Source: Vicugna vicugna (lineage: Eukaryota). Taken from it: a stretch of 64,000 nt of DNA. The notes under the pieces were generated by a model. It searched no databases and was not told the origin of the DNA. It saw nothing but the letters and a program-made list of their open reading frames with translations. The stretch covers positions 126,001-190,000 of the forward strand of contig MU058004.1 of the NCBI GenBank assembly GCA_013265495.1, written 5' to 3'. Positions 61,686-64,000 of the stretch are shown here, piece by piece. Made by a program: the position numbers and the translations under genes. The stretch's first letter is position 1; every line of letters starts with the position of its first letter.

Positions 61686-64000
61686 CTCCTTGCCCGGATG
61701 TGCAAAACCCCATGTATTTCTGCTTTCCAATAACTAGCTTTGGGGGGGGGTTGTTAAATATTTTACTACTTAAATAGGTATTTCTTTGAAAGAAAAAATG
61801 TTTAATGATTTAGAGAAATAGTTTAAATGGAAAGAATCGTGACTTACTAAAAGCTGTGTCTTCTGGGCGTTCTCTTACTTTAGGAAAGGATTTTTTATCT
61901 GGTTTTTCTTGTTTGTTTGTAATTCTGTCTTCAGTTGTTTTTTAAAATCTCCAGACCTGGGGAGTTCATCATAAAAAGTGCTTGTTTCAGAACTGCATCC
62001 GATTTCTCTGGGCCTTGATTGGAGAAGGACAGGAGGTGGTGGGAGCTGGGGGGCCTCCTGTTGCACCCCGCCCCCCGCCCTGAGCATGAGTGGGTCCTGA
62101 GTCCCCTGCACGGTGGCTGCATCCACACAGGGATGCTGGCTCGGAGTCAGAATGACCAAGGGCTAGCAGACCTGGGTGAGCAGGTCTGGGGCCCTTTCTC
62201 TCGGAGCCAAAATGTCCCCAAATGTGTTCAGGGACCTTCAGGGTGAGTTGTTTGTTGGAGAAGATGCCAGTTCATGGGAAAGAGGTGAGAGTGAGGAGCC
62301 GTGAGTGCAGCCCCAGGAAACAGGGAGCTCATCATGCCCCCACCCCATGCTCAGTCAGGCATGAAGGCCTTGAGATGCCCAGGGAGTGGTGGGTGGGACG
62401 GGGGGGCTCTCTCAGTTCTTTTTAGTGAGAAAAACATTACGAAATGCTTTGGGAACTGTTGTGTCTTGTTCAGCTGGGATTTGGGGGGCGGGACGGCAGG
62501 ATGGGGAAGGTGTGATGTGTGCAGTGAGAAGCGTCTGGCAGGTTGCAGCCCTGAGAATGATAGGTGTTCTGCTCCTGGAGATTATGTCTAATCCAAAATG
62601 ATTCCGCGAAGTTGGGTACTAAGGAAATCTCCGCATCTCCAAGGGCCGCCCAGCAAAGCCCGCTCTGACTGAGGCTTTGTTGCACATTCAGAAAAAACCT
62701 CCCATTTCCCCTCCTCCCTCCCCCAAAGGGAAGGTAAAAAGATGAATTTGGAGATCAAAGCACACAGCAGAGCAGGTCTTACTGCAGGAGTGGGAGCAGG
62801 GGTCCCAGAGGAGAGGCTCCCCCCTTCTTCTCAGCAAGTGCGCAGAGTGGTGGGAAGTCTCAGACGGGGGTCCCGGGGCAGGACCACCAGGACTGCAGGG
62901 AGGCAGCGGGGGTGGCCTGCTTCTAACTGCCCAGCCCAGCTTGTCCTGAAGGCTGGGGGGAGGACCCAGACGTGGGCCAAGGCTGTGGGGGCAGGTGCAG
63001 TGGCCCAGCCAGGGCGCTTGATCTGAGGGCAGATGGAGGAGAGGGGCCGGCCAGGAGAGGGGGGCATGGGGCTGCCCTCCTCGATCCCGTGACGGGAAGG
63101 TCCAGGTCATGCGGTCAAGCAGTGTCGCCCCCTGATTATTCCAGATGCCTCACGGTATTGATGGTGTAGCCCCCACATCCCTGAGGCCGGTGCTGTGATG
63201 AGGAAACAGTAGAAGTTTAGGGGGTTGTCTGGGACTCGGAGTGGAGCCCACTGTCCAGGTCCTGTGCTGGGGTGACCTCCTCCCTCAAGCCCACCATGTC
63301 CAGGGCAGACTCATCGTCTTTGACACCTGCTGCCCTCCGTGGCCCCAGCCCAGGGTACGGGTGCCCCCTCCCTCCACCGGCCTGGTCATTGCTAAACCAC
63401 CTGTGCCCCTCCATCCCGTTCTCTCCTGCTTGGAACACCCGGAGATGCCTTGGGTTGAGTTCCTGGAAGCGGAGCTTAAGACTGATATGGGGGAAGGGCA
63501 GGGCAGCCCCAGCCCAGTCCACGGGGCTCTGGCCTGCGCCCCCACATCGGAGGCTCCCGGCTTTGGGCCCCAGGGACAGATGTAGCCCTGGCATTTCCTG
63601 AGGCAGGGCCTCTTCCCCGAGGACTCCACCCCTCTGCCTGGCCCTGAGAGTCCCAGGCCTCCCGCCCCTTCCTGCAGGTCAGTGCCTGACACTGATCTCT
63701 GACTGCCTGTGTCCTCAGCTGAGTCTGACTTGGAGGGTCTGTAGGAGCTCCGATCCCTAGTAGCCTCGTCCTGTGGTCTCTGCCATCACTACTGCCCTGT
63801 CAGGCAGCGACCCTGCCCAGAGTGCCCCTTACCGCCGCCCCCCTCCCCGTCATGGTGGCTTGCTTGCAGCCGTGTGCGCACCTGCATGTGTGTGAGCAGA
63901 GCCCCCACACAGGCCTGTTTCCCCGGGGTCAGGCCCCCACAGCTTCCCCTCCCCACTGAACTCTGGCTGAGCCCCACAACTAGCAGGACACCACTGGACT

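Noticed and set aside
1..64000. Hundreds of 60-277 aa ORFs in the six-frame track (e.g. 1455-2111, 4986-5687, 44234-44899, 52873-53706)
   Set aside because: They have Pro/Gly/Arg/Ala-rich composition expected from GC-rich non-coding DNA, many use non-ATG starts, they overlap on both strands, and I recognise no domains.
51609..64000. B3GNTL1 exon 7 (expected VFTS.GPTVIMPTWF-like peptide)
   Set aside because: I found no matching sequence by eye; it probably lies beyond the window, so its absence is not evidence of gene loss.

Overview
Mammalian (eutherian) genomic DNA, GC-rich and repeat-laden, with one 88-N assembly gap at 13089-13176. The only protein-coding gene I can support is the 5' half of B3GNTL1 (QTGAL, a GT2-family glycosyltransferase known as the queuosine-tRNA galactosyltransferase) on the + strand. 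It has a CpG-island promoter at about 12.5-13.1 kb and six phase-consistent GT-AG coding exons (12863-12922, 14628-14744, 14843-14942, 21404-21468, 40950-41015, 51513-51608). These give 504 nt and 168 aa, open throughout, including the DSDD (DxD) motif; I did not find the remaining exons in the window. The introns hold L1 fragments (mostly antisense), MER58/MER5-like DNA transposons, MLT1 and MER21-like LTRs, MIR/L2 and three copies of a tRNA-derived SINE resembling the camelid vic-1 type, which suggests a camelid genome (inference). The most notable patterns are patchy, strong AT-to-GC rewriting of repeats consistent with GC-biased gene conversion, an intronic kappaB/GATA/Sp1 cluster, a tandem array of splice-donor motifs behind an AG|GT site, in-frame alternative acceptors (one would split the DxD motif) and a possible overlapping uORF. 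I found no evidence for a new prokaryote-type system, and almost all ORFs in the track are spurious.
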